Made by a program: the position numbers and the translations under genes. A stretch of 64,000 bases of DNA. It comes from Hyphomicrobiales bacterium (lineage in GTDB: Bacteria > Pseudomonadota > Alphaproteobacteria > Rhizobiales > Devosiaceae). The number at the start of each line of letters is the position of its first letter. Positions within the stretch are counted from its first letter, which is position 1. The notes beneath the pieces are model-generated. The model worked only from the letters and a program-made list of their open reading frames with translations. It did not search any database and was not told where the DNA came from. Below, piece after piece: positions 40,165-49,821 of this stretch. The stretch is from assembly GCA_027065555.1 (NCBI GenBank), contig JAMONS010000129.1:195-64194 (forward strand). Reading direction: 5' to 3'.

Positions 40165-40620
40165 ATGACAAATTGCGATCATACTTTGTGTAAAACTAGC
40201 GCCCTCAAAGAGGCAGAGCGAGTATGCGAGCAACTTGGAGCTCGCTTTACCGATCAACGTCGTAATGTGTTTGAGATTCTATGGCAAAGCCATAAAGCGA
40301 TGACTGCCGCCGATATTATGAATGAAATGACCAATAAACAGCCACCAATTACCTATCGTGCCTTGGAGTTTTTGAAAAAATCTGGGCTTATCCATCATGT
40401 AACTAGCCTAAATGCATATGTCGGTTGCATTTATGCAAAAGACCCCAATCATATTGGACAATTACTGATTTGCACAAATTGTCGTGATATTAACGAAATT
40501 GAACCAAAAAATGCTGTAAGCGAATTGATTAAAGCGGCAAAAAATCAAGACTTCACCCCCTCACTTACCCATATTGAAATGCTTGGCATCTGCAAAACAT
40601 GCAATAATGCGACTAGTTAG
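40165..40620 (+). CDS. zur: Fur family transcriptional regulator, Zur-like
   Basis: 151 aa: YRALEFLKKSGLIHHVTSLNAYVGC...LICTNCRDINEI...IEMLGICKTC. This is the alpha-proteobacterial Zur pattern with two CxxC pairs. Confidence 0.8.
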   Translation: MTNCDHTLCKTSALKEAERVCEQLGARFTDQRRNVFEILWQSHKAMTAADIMNEMTNKQPPITYRALEFLKKSGLIHHVTSLNAYVGCIYAKDPNHIGQLLICTNCRDINEIEPKNAVSELIKAAKNQDFTPSLTHIEMLGICKTCNNATS

Positions 40621-40740
40621 TTGCTTAAAAACTGGGCGACCTGCCTTTTTTTTAGGCAGTAATAGCTTGTTTTATCATAATTAGATTCATTTTTTTAGTT
40701 AACCTATTGTTTTTACTATTTAATATAGTTATTATAAAAC

Positions 40741-40756
40741 TGGCACAATAAATGCA
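40741..40756 (+). promoter_or_regulatory. Sigma-54 (RpoN) -24/-12 promoter for glnBA
   Basis: TGGCAC-aataa-ATGCA fits TGGCAC-N5-TTGCA with correct GG/GC spacing, 41 nt upstream of the glnB ATG. Confidence 0.65.
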
Positions 40757-40790
40757 AGTTCACGGGCGTAACTTAATGAAACTTTAATGA

Positions 40791-41135
<345 letters not shown>

Positions 41136-41191
41136 TCCCACACTAAATAAACCCCAAAATAAATAAACATAAGAAACTAAGGATAAACTAA

Positions 41192-42601
41192 ATGTCTACA
41201 GTAAAAGAAATTCTCAAACAAATTAAAGAAGAAGACGTGAAATTTGTTGATTTACGCTTCACCGATCCACGTGGCAAATTACAGCACGTAACAATGGACG
41301 TAAATATTATTGACGAAGACACTTTTGAAGAAGGCGCAATGTTTGACGGCTCTTCAATCGCTGGTTGGAAAGCAATTAACGAGAGCGATATGGTATTAAT
41401 GCCTGACGTAACATCTGCCTATATTGATCCATTCTTTGGTCAAACAACAATGTCAATAAATTGCGACATTCTTGAGCCAGCAACTTATCAGCCATATAAT
41501 CGTGATCCACGCACTACTGCAAAAAAGGCCGAAGCCTATCTTAAATCTTCTGGCATTGGCGATAGTGTAGTTTTTGGACCAGAGCCTGAGTTTTTCTTAT
41601 TTGACGATGTTAAATATTCAACCCAGCCATATAATACTGGCTTTAAGGTAGATTCTTATGAATTAGGTATAAATTCTGATAGTGATTATGAAGCTGGCAA
41701 TACTGGTCATCATATCCCGCAAAAATGTGGGTATTTCCCTGTTCCTCCTGTTGATAGTGCGCAAGATATTCGCGGAGAAATGCTTACACTTATGGCAGAA
41801 ATGGGCGTAACAACCGAAAAGCACCACCACGAAGTTGGCTCTGCTCAACATGAATTGGGCATTAAATTTGCACCACTAGTTACAAGTGCTGATCAGGTGC
41901 AGATCTATAAATATGTAGTGCAGCAAGTTGCAAATGCTTACGGCAAAACTGCAACCTTTATGCCAAAGCCTGTTTTTGGCGATAATGGCACTGGAATGCA
42001 TTGCAACCAATCTATTTGGAAAGACGGCAAACCGCTTTTTGCTGGTGATGAATATGCTGGTCTATCAAAAGAAGCGCTTTATTATATTGGCGGTGTGATT
42101 AAGCACGCAAAAGCCATTAACGCTTTTACAAACCCATCAACCAACTCTTATAAACGCCTAGTTCCGGGATATGAAGCGCCTGTGCTACTTGCCTATTCAG
42201 CACAAAACCGCTCAGCATCTGTCCGCATTCCATTTGCACAATCACCAAACGGCAAGCGTGTTGAAGTGCGTTTCCCTGATCCATTGGCAAACCCATATTT
42301 GGCATTTTCTTGCCTACTTATGGCAGGACTTGACGGCATTAAAAACAAAATCCACCCCGGTGAGCCAATGGACAAAGATCTTTATGAACTTCCACCAGAA
42401 GAACTTAAAGGCATTCCAACGGTTGCTGGCTCGTTGCGTGAAGCACTTGATGCCTTGGATAAAGACAGAGATTTCCTAAAAGCTGGCGGCGTGTTTGATG
42501 ATGATCAAATTGATGCTTATATCGAGCTAAAAATGGAAGAGGTAATCCGCTTTGAACATACCCCTCACCCTATTGAGTTTGAGATGTATTATTCTGGTTA
42601 A
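41192..42601 (+). CDS. glnA: Glutamine synthetase type I
   Basis: 469 aa with the FDGSSIAGW motif and the adenylylation-site context [10 protein letters not shown]. Confidence 0.97.
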   Translation: MSTVKEILKQIKEEDVKFVDLRFTDPRGKLQHVTMDVNIIDEDTFEEGAMFDGSSIAGWKAINESDMVLMPDVTSAYIDPFFGQTTMSINCDILEPATYQPYNRDPRTTAKKAEAYLKSSGIGDSVVFGPEPEFFLFDDVKYSTQPYNTGFKVDSYELGINSDSDYEAGNTGHHIPQKCGYFPVPPVDSAQDIRGEMLTLMAEMGVTTEKHHHEVGSAQHELGIKFAPLVTSADQVQIYKYVVQQVANAYGKTATFMPKPVFGDNGTGMHCNQSIWKDGKPLFAGDEYAGLSKEALYYIGGVIKHAKAINAFTNPSTNSYKRLVPGYEAPVLLAYSAQNRSASVRIPFAQSPNGKRVEVRFPDPLANPYLAFSCLLMAGLDGIKNKIHPGEPMDKDLYELPPEELKGIPTVAGSLREALDALDKDRDFLKAGGVFDDDQIDAYIELKMEEVIRFEHTPHPIEFEMYYSG

Positions 42602-42629
42602 TAATAATTGTGAATATCAAAATAAAATT

Positions 42630-42658
42630 AGAGGCTCTTTTTGAGCCTCTTTTTTTTT
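42630..42658. terminator. Bidirectional rho-independent terminator between glnA and the flippase gene
   Basis: AGAGGCTC-ttttt-GAGCCTCT followed by T8 on the plus strand and by an A/T-rich tract on the minus strand. Confidence 0.85.
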
Positions 42659-42661
42659 GTG

Positions 42662-44044
42662 CTATTTACCATCTTGGTTATTTACACTTATATTTTTCTT
42701 TGTAGCACTTTGCAATTCAGCAGTGCCACTTGTTAGCACCCAAAGCCCTGTTAGTTTTTTTGTAAGAATGAGTAGCACAATTGCACGCAGTGCAAATGTA
42801 ATTGTAGTTGCAATTGCAGCGCCTAAAATACCAAATTTTGGAATGAGTATTATTGAAAGAATGATGTTAAATGCCAAGCCACCGATTGAAATGAATATAT
42901 TTGCAACCTGATGCCCCATAACTATTAGCAAATCTACCGCCTGCCCCACCGATGCACGGATAAGAAAACCCAACCCTAACACTAACATAACAGAATAACC
43001 CTCAACAAATTCAGAGCCAAACATTCTTAATAATGGATATCCTGCAATAAGCGTAATTGTGACAGCTGGAACAGTCATCCAAAATGTCCAACTTGTGGCA
43101 TTGGTTATTCGTTTTTGTAATTCTGGCCTATCACGCATTGCATTTGCTAAAGAGAACCCTCGCACAGATACCATGGTAAAAGCATATTGAATAAAAGCCG
43201 CTAAAGACATCGTACGTTGAGCGGCAAAATATATTGCTACATCTGGCGCTTGAAGCATGAATGCCAAAATTATAATGTCGGAATATATATAAAGCTCATC
43301 AATTCCAGTAGCTAGCATTAAAGGAAGGGAAGAAGTAACCCAGAATTTTTTAGATTTTGCGCCAGAGATATTTCCAAATTGCTTTTTTAACCTTGACCAA
43401 ATGATGATAGACTGGATCATTACAATACCAGCAGTTACAACAACCGCAATACCAAGCACCATTGCCGCATCAGGAGTATAACCCAAAACAAAAGCTAGAA
43501 ATATTCCAGCAGCAATTAATAGTGGGCGTATCACATAGCTTGGTATGATAGTTAAAAGATACCAGCCAAAAGAGCGTGAAATCCCCTCAAAATATAATTC
43601 TAACGCCATTATAGGCAGGCCTAGCGATAACACCATTAAAGGGAGGAGATAATTTGAGGGAATTGCATCTGCAAAAATCCACAGACCAAAGAAACCTCCT
43701 AAGCCAATAATACTAGCTCCAAGAGTTGAAAACCAAAAACCAGTTTTCATAAATCCGATAGCCCATTGATATTGCTTGCGCTCACAATAACGAGGAATAA
43801 ACCTTAGGCTAGATTCTGAGAAGCCAAATACTGCAACCTGATTGATGATAATTAGCCAAGTCCAAAGAGTAACGTAAATACCATATTCCTCAAGCATCAA
43901 CGTGCGAGCTAAGAATATCTGAACGCCGTAAGCTAAAACAGCGGCAAAAACCCTAACGGATAATGTAAGTGCTGCATCTGCGAGGTTTTTTTGTGTCTTA
44001 AAAACCTCACTAATTTGCATAAATATTTTATTGATTATTCGCAA
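42662..44044 (-). CDS. Polysaccharide/oligosaccharide flippase (Wzx-like, MOP superfamily)
   Basis: 460-aa ORF with 12 or more TM helices and the typical polysaccharide biosynthesis protein layout. TTG at 44044; first ATG at 44020. Confidence 0.75.
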   Translation of the reverse strand: MRIINKIFMQISEVFKTQKNLADAALTLSVRVFAAVLAYGVQIFLARTLMLEEYGIYVTLWTWLIIINQVAVFGFSESSLRFIPRYCERKQYQWAIGFMKTGFWFSTLGASIIGLGGFFGLWIFADAIPSNYLLPLMVLSLGLPIMALELYFEGISRSFGWYLLTIIPSYVIRPLLIAAGIFLAFVLGYTPDAAMVLGIAVVVTAGIVMIQSIIIWSRLKKQFGNISGAKSKKFWVTSSLPLMLATGIDELYIYSDIIILAFMLQAPDVAIYFAAQRTMSLAAFIQYAFTMVSVRGFSLANAMRDRPELQKRITNATSWTFWMTVPAVTITLIAGYPLLRMFGSEFVEGYSVMLVLGLGFLIRASVGQAVDLLIVMGHQVANIFISIGGLAFNIILSIILIPKFGILGAAIATTITFALRAIVLLILTKKLTGLWVLTSGTAELQSATKKNISVNNQDGK

Positions 44045-44139
44045 CTTTTATTCCCCATCTCCATCCTATGCTATTAGCTTTATGCTAAATTCTTAGGTTT
44101 TTTTGATTTTATCTATCTCTATTGCAGTGGGGACGATGA

Positions 44140-45438
44140 TTATTTGTTGATATTGTTAATTTTGTTAACACCAGTAATATTGAGTAATTTTGCACGGCTT
44201 TTTGCGTTCAGCTTAGCAAAAATCAATCGTATTGCTGGAGAGATATACGCCTTCCAGAGTGTACAGTAAAAGAAACCACGCATAGTGATTGGCACACTTC
44301 TGCTTTGAAATGCTTCTTTTTGATTACTCCACTTACTTTTATATTCAGCTGGGTCGCACAATAAATCAAATTTTTGCATTCCAACCTTCTTAGCCCACAT
44401 TTGCGATTCTTCCATTTGAATTTTCCCTGGAGATAAATGGCGGTATTCCCATTCAAATGCGCCTAGATAACAATAATAATGCCCATTAAGACACATTCCA
44501 ATTTCAATGCCAACTGGAGTACTATCTACACTTAAAACCCCCAAAACAGCTCCATTAGGTAAATGGTGTGAATCTAAATTGCCATCAGCCCTATTATTGC
44601 CTGCTAATTGCAATAGGAACTCTTTTGTGCTTTCTTTTGAGAGTAACGTTGCACGCCTTCCCTCTTCATGCAGCCAGACCTGTTTCCAGCGCAATGCTAA
44701 CTCTACGAGTTCTTTATAACGATCACTGCCGCCATAATGAATTTCAAAGCTCAACTCACCCAATTTAGATATTCTATTGCGACGTTGCCTTCGTTGTTTG
44801 CGCTGGTTACGGCTTAAAGAGCTTTGATATTCTTCCCATGTAGCAAATCCATCTAGATTGAGAATGGAGGCATATATTTGTGATTTTTCAACAATGCCAT
44901 TTTTAGCAATAATTTCTTTTAACAAAGAATTTAACGGATATTGATCAAGAATAATGACATCTGCCTTGCTAGTGCTACGTATATATTTCCAAATTTTCTT
45001 TCCAACATCCACACTAAACAATTCTTTATTATAAATTATATTGCTATATTGAGCATGTGGACTACTTAGAAAAGTCAATTTATTAATGTTGGCACGTGAC
45101 TTTACAAGCATCATTGGCCAAACCATTATCAACTCATCGTTTGAACGTAAAATATAGATTTTCATTTGATGCTGTGGATTGCCTTCGTCTTTACTTGCAA
45201 AACTAACGCACCACTTATAACACCAATCATAGCTTTGAAAATAAATGGAGTGATCTTCGCTCTTTTTCTCTAAGCATTTCCATTCACTGGCAACTTGTTG
45301 CATTTGCTCTATGCTAGTTAGGCACTCAAGAACATAAGAATTGCCATTGCTGGAAAAGCGCAATGTTTCACGCTCCTTATCTATATTTTCAGCAAGGTGA
45401 ATAGGCGTAGCGAAATTTTTATCTAATATTCTTGACAC
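44140..45438 (-). CDS. CelD/BioF2-like GNAT (FemAB-type) acetyltransferase domain protein
   Basis: 432 aa with a GTG start. The C-terminal half (VLGVLSVDSTPVGIEIGMCLNGHYYCYLGAFEWEYRHLSPGKI) resembles the cellulose-biosynthesis CelD-like GNAT fold. Confidence 0.6.
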   Translation of the reverse strand: MSRILDKNFATPIHLAENIDKERETLRFSSNGNSYVLECLTSIEQMQQVASEWKCLEKKSEDHSIYFQSYDWCYKWCVSFASKDEGNPQHQMKIYILRSNDELIMVWPMMLVKSRANINKLTFLSSPHAQYSNIIYNKELFSVDVGKKIWKYIRSTSKADVIILDQYPLNSLLKEIIAKNGIVEKSQIYASILNLDGFATWEEYQSSLSRNQRKQRRQRRNRISKLGELSFEIHYGGSDRYKELVELALRWKQVWLHEEGRRATLLSKESTKEFLLQLAGNNRADGNLDSHHLPNGAVLGVLSVDSTPVGIEIGMCLNGHYYCYLGAFEWEYRHLSPGKIQMEESQMWAKKVGMQKFDLLCDPAEYKSKWSNQKEAFQSRSVPITMRGFFYCTLWKAYISPAIRLIFAKLNAKSRAKLLNITGVNKINNINK

Positions 45439-45704
45439 GTCCTAGTCCATTTCTCTTTCAAATTAGTAGCCAGATATTCAAAACAAGCTTAACTCACATC
45501 AAAATATTTTTACTAAGCAGCTCTTAGAAATCTAAGACACCTACTAATAATCTATTTGCGATAGTAAATAATACAGGTGGTCAAAGAGTTAATTCCAACG
45601 CCTATTGCTTGACAGGGTTAAATTTTAGTTACCAAAACAACAGAGTTAAGGCATTGTTTTGCCTGAACAAAATAGCATTAGCCATTACTCCAACAACAAC
45701 AAAG

Positions 45705-45872
45705 TTACGCTAAATAAAATAATAATGACAAAGCGAAAAGAACTACAGGGCGAAAAACACACAAATGGCTTAGCTGGTACGCAAAACTAGAAAATCCAGC
45801 GCGAAGCCATCCGTGTGTTCCAAAATCCTGCTCAGCTATAAAGCTACTCTTATTAGAGTGAACAGACTGCAT
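45705..45872 (-). CDS. Possible small membrane protein (55 aa), hypothetical
   Basis: GGAG Shine-Dalgarno 8 nt before the ATG at 45872. MQSVHSNKSSFIAEQDFGTHGWLRAGFSSFAYQLSHLCVFRPVVLFALSLLFYLA has one C-terminal TM helix. No recognisable family. Confidence 0.3.
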   Translation of the reverse strand: MQSVHSNKSSFIAEQDFGTHGWLRAGFSSFAYQLSHLCVFRPVVLFALSLLFYLA

Positions 45873-46146
45873 AATGGGTACTCCATACAAAACCCTTATG
45901 TGCTATTGATAACAGGGCTGACTTAAAAAAGTGCTTAGAAGAAGCAAAGCAAAAGTAAAGATAGGCATTTTTTGCCTCTTTAATTGTCCGATTTTGAACC
46001 ACTTAGTGTTTTTAAGTAAAAAATCTATATAAATTTATTAAACGAGTTAAAGAATTTTCTAAATTTAGAAATTGCTACTTCTAGCAAAAATCTTAAATGT
46101 GCTAATAGATGTAAAACCCTGATTCGATGTTAATTAAAGAGAACAA

Positions 46147-48168
46147 ATGTCAAACGAGAACGACCTATTTGCACAAACTTCACCCTCCCCTATTAAAAGC
46201 AAAGTAGCGGACAAAGCAGATAATAAAAAATCAAAACCAAAAGCTAGTTCTGAATATAGCGCTGCCGACATTGAGGTGCTTGAAGGACTTGAGCCAGTTC
46301 GCCGTCGCCCTGGTATGTATATTGGTGGCACTGATATAAATGCCATGCATCATTTATTTGCCGAAGTTATAGATAATTCAATGGACGAAGCCATTGCAGG
46401 TCATGCAACTCGTATTCTTGTGCATTTAGGGGAGGACGGATATTTAAGCGTTACAGATAATGGGCGTGGCATTCCGATTGGCAAACACCCCAAATTCCCA
46501 GACAAAACCGCATTAGAGATAATTATGACCACTCTTCATGCTGGTGGTAAATTTGATTCTGATGCTTATGAAACTTCTGGCGGTCTGCATGGTGTTGGTA
46601 TTTCGGTAGTCAATGCGCTATCTGATGATTTAATTGTTGAAGTCACAATCAATCAGATACTATATCGCCAAACCTATTCTCGTGGGCACGCAACGAGTGA
46701 ATTAAAAGAAATTGGCAAAGAACATAATAAGCGTGGCACATTAATTCGCTTTCACCCCGACCCTGAAATTTTTGGTAGCAAGCTAAAATTTTCAGCTGAG
46801 AAAATATATAAGATGGCACGTGCCAAAGCCTATTTATTTGGCGGCATAGAAATTCGCTGGTCATGTGATGAAAGCCTAGCAAATGATAAAGTGCCTGCAA
46901 AAGAAGTCTTTGTATATAGTGGTGGCTTAAAAGACTTTATGAGTTCTAAAATTGAAGGTTCAGCAAGAATTACTGATGAAATGTTTTCTGGCATTGCAGG
47001 TAAACCGGGTCAGCACGGAGCAGTTGAATGGGCTGTTGCTTGGCATCTTGGCGATAGTTTTATCTCATCTTATTGTAACACAGTACCAACCCAAGATGGT
47101 GGCACCCATGAAGCAGGTTTGCGCCTAGCGCTTTTGCGTGGCCTAAAAGCCTACGCAGAACTCACCAATAATAAACGTGCATCAGCTCTCACTTCAGAAG
47201 ATGTGTTAGGAAATTGCGCCGCCATGCTTAGTCTATTTATCCGTGAGCCTGAATTTGTTGGGCAAACAAAAGACAAATTATCGAGCCTTGAAGCAACAAA
47301 AATTGTAGATGGCGCAATAAGAGATAGCTTTGATCATTGGCTAGCCGCCTCCCCCAACCAAGCAAATAAATTACTTGATTGGACAATAGATAGAGCAGAA
47401 GAGCGCTTAAGACGGCGCAAACAAAAAGAAATTGACCGCCAAAGTGCAACAAAAAGATTGCGCTTACCGGGAAAACTTGCCGATTGCTCACAATCTGGGG
47501 CAAAGGGTGCTGAATTATTCATTGTTGAAGGTGATAGTGCTGGCGGTAGCGCCAAACAGGCTCGCAATCGCAAAAACCAAGCCGTATTACCGCTTAGAGG
47601 CAAGGTTCTTAATGTTGCAGGTGTTTCAAGAGAAAAAATAAACGCTAACCAACAAATTGGCGATCTTATTCAGGCGCTTGGTTCAGGAATTAGAGATAGA
47701 TATAATGATGATGATTTACGCTATGAAAAAATTATCATCATGACAGATGCTGATGTTGATGGCGCACATATCGCAGCTTTGCTTATGACGTTTTTCTTTA
47801 AGGAAATGCCGCAACTAATTGAAAATGGTCATTTATATCTAGGCTTACCACCATTATTTCGCATTACACAAGGCGCAAAAACACTCTATGCAATGGATGA
47901 TGATGATAAAGATAGGCTTGTTGAAAATGAATTTAGCGGGCGTGGAAAAATTGAAGTAACTCGCTTTAAGGGTTTAGGAGAAATGCCATTTAAGCATCTA
48001 AAAGAAACTACCATGAACCCAAAAACTAGAAATATGTTGCAAATTAAAATTGTTGATGACCAACTCACAACCGCCATTAGTGTTGATAGGCTAATGGGCA
48101 ACAAGCCCGAAGCCCGCTTTGAATTCATTCAAGAAAACGCTCAATTTGCTACTGATTTAGATGTCTAG
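46147..48168 (+). CDS. parE: DNA topoisomerase IV subunit B
   Basis: 673 aa. LEGLEPVRRRPGMYIGGTD, Toprim EGDSAGGSA and PLRGKVLNV motifs. The size fits ParE rather than GyrB. Confidence 0.93.
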   Translation: MSNENDLFAQTSPSPIKSKVADKADNKKSKPKASSEYSAADIEVLEGLEPVRRRPGMYIGGTDINAMHHLFAEVIDNSMDEAIAGHATRILVHLGEDGYLSVTDNGRGIPIGKHPKFPDKTALEIIMTTLHAGGKFDSDAYETSGGLHGVGISVVNALSDDLIVEVTINQILYRQTYSRGHATSELKEIGKEHNKRGTLIRFHPDPEIFGSKLKFSAEKIYKMARAKAYLFGGIEIRWSCDESLANDKVPAKEVFVYSGGLKDFMSSKIEGSARITDEMFSGIAGKPGQHGAVEWAVAWHLGDSFISSYCNTVPTQDGGTHEAGLRLALLRGLKAYAELTNNKRASALTSEDVLGNCAAMLSLFIREPEFVGQTKDKLSSLEATKIVDGAIRDSFDHWLAASPNQANKLLDWTIDRAEERLRRRKQKEIDRQSATKRLRLPGKLADCSQSGAKGAELFIVEGDSAGGSAKQARNRKNQAVLPLRGKVLNVAGVSREKINANQQIGDLIQALGSGIRDRYNDDDLRYEKIIIMTDADVDGAHIAALLMTFFFKEMPQLIENGHLYLGLPPLFRITQGAKTLYAMDDDDKDRLVENEFSGRGKIEVTRFKGLGEMPFKHLKETTMNPKTRNMLQIKIVDDQLTTAISVDRLMGNKPEARFEFIQENAQFATDLDV

Positions 48169-48347
48169 CAACAATTTTATTTATGTTTACAGTCAAGCGT
48201 TAACAAAAGATTCATATTCTAATTGACTTAAAACCCGCACTCGCTATGTTTCGCTCAAATATTCAACTAATTCGACCCTCTTAGTTCGATCTTTCATGAC
48301 AATAAAGTCATAATGGTATGTTTTAGGTCTATCAGTGAGCAGCAATA

Positions 48348-49709
48348 TTGAGCGATAATTTTTCTAAACTTGGCCTTAGCGATAAAGTTACACAAGCTGT
48401 AACAAATGCTGGCTACACAATTCCGACAGATATTCAGGCGCAAGCCATTCCCTTGGTGCTTGGCAAACAAGATGTAATTGGCATTGCGCAAACTGGCACA
48501 GGTAAAACGGCTTCTTTTGTTTTACCCATGCTCACATTGTTAGAAAAGGGACGAGCAAGAGCCAGAATGCCACGCACCCTTATACTTGAACCAACACGAG
48601 AATTAGCAGCGCAGGTTCATGAGAATTTTGAAAAATATGGCATTAATCATAAGCTAAATGTTGCGCTACTTATTGGCGGTGTGTCTTTTGTAGATCAAAA
48701 TAAAATCTTAGATAGAGGTGCTGATGTTCTTATCGCTACTCCGGGAAGATTGCTTGATCATTTTGAGCGTGGCAGATTGCTATTAACTGGCGTTGAGATT
48801 TTGGTAATTGATGAGGCCGATAGAATGCTTGATATGGGTTTTATACCTGATATTGAGCGCATTTGCACTCTTTTACCCCCCCGTAGGCAGACCCTATTTT
48901 TCTCTGCTACCATGCCCGATGAAATTAGAAAACTAACCACTCGCTTCCTTAAAAACCCTATTGAAGTTGAAACAGCAAAGCAAAATTTAACGGCCAGCAC
49001 AATAGAGCAAAAACTCCTTAAAACTGGTGCAAAACCTGCTCAAAAAAGAGAAGCATTAAGAGAGCAACTAAATATTGCAGCAAATTTGACTAATGCTATT
49101 ATTTTTTGCAACCGTAAACGTGATGTCGCAACTTTAACTCGTTCTCTAATTCGCCATAAATTTAACGCTGGAGCGTTGCATGGTGATATGGATCAAAAAT
49201 CACGGATGCAAACGCTTAGTGACTTTAAGAATGATAAAATTAAATTACTAATTGCTTCAGATGTGGCTGCTCGTGGGCTTGATATCCCAAATGTAAGTCA
49301 TGTGTTTAATTTTGATATCCCAACGCATCCAGAAGATTATGTACATCGCATTGGAAGAACTGGGCGTGCTGGTAGGTCTGGCCATTCAATAACACTTATT
49401 GCACCAGCGGATATTAAGCATTTAGAAGCGATTGAAAAATTAATTGACAAAAAAATTGAGTGGATAAAAGGCAATGAGAAAAAAGAAGTTACTGCCCAAA
49501 GTAATGTTAAACCACCCAAAGAAGTAGGTTTCAAAGGCAATAAGCCTGAGGATAGACAAAAAAACAAATCAACTACCAAAGCATCAAATATAGAAAAAAC
49601 TATTGAACAAAGCACCCAAAAAAATCATGATGTAAATCATAATACAAATCACAATGCATTTGGAAATTTTGGCCCCACCCCAGCCTTTTTGCTTCGCTCC
49701 AGTAAATAA
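48348..49709 (+). CDS. rhlE: DEAD-box ATP-dependent RNA helicase (RhlE-like)
   Basis: 453 aa with a TTG start. Q motif, AQTGTGKT, DEAD, SAT and HRIGRTGRAG motifs, plus a basic low-complexity tail. Confidence 0.9.
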   Translation: MSDNFSKLGLSDKVTQAVTNAGYTIPTDIQAQAIPLVLGKQDVIGIAQTGTGKTASFVLPMLTLLEKGRARARMPRTLILEPTRELAAQVHENFEKYGINHKLNVALLIGGVSFVDQNKILDRGADVLIATPGRLLDHFERGRLLLTGVEILVIDEADRMLDMGFIPDIERICTLLPPRRQTLFFSATMPDEIRKLTTRFLKNPIEVETAKQNLTASTIEQKLLKTGAKPAQKREALREQLNIAANLTNAIIFCNRKRDVATLTRSLIRHKFNAGALHGDMDQKSRMQTLSDFKNDKIKLLIASDVAARGLDIPNVSHVFNFDIPTHPEDYVHRIGRTGRAGRSGHSITLIAPADIKHLEAIEKLIDKKIEWIKGNEKKEVTAQSNVKPPKEVGFKGNKPEDRQKNKSTTKASNIEKTIEQSTQKNHDVNHNTNHNAFGNFGPTPAFLLRSSK

Positions 49710-49821
49710 CAACATAATCTACCAAAATAATTATCCCCATCTTAAAAACTTTAAGCATTTCTTAGTATCGTTTAACTAGTATTCACACTAGTAACAAACG
49801 GTTCATGGACGGAATCTCCTT

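Noticed and set aside
40621-40660. Hairpin CTGCCT-ttttttt-AGGCAG after zur as a canonical terminator
   Set aside because: The T run forms the loop rather than following the stem, and no U tract follows. It is at best a weak or atypical terminator, so I did not list it as a feature.
42657-42911. 84-aa plus-strand hydrophobic ORF
   Set aside because: It is antisense to the flippase gene and starts inside the glnA terminator. Its hydrophobicity is a mirror effect of the membrane protein on the other strand.
46134-46346. 70-aa minus-strand ORF over the parE start
   Set aside because: It is antisense to the conserved ParE N-terminus (…RRRPGMYIGG).
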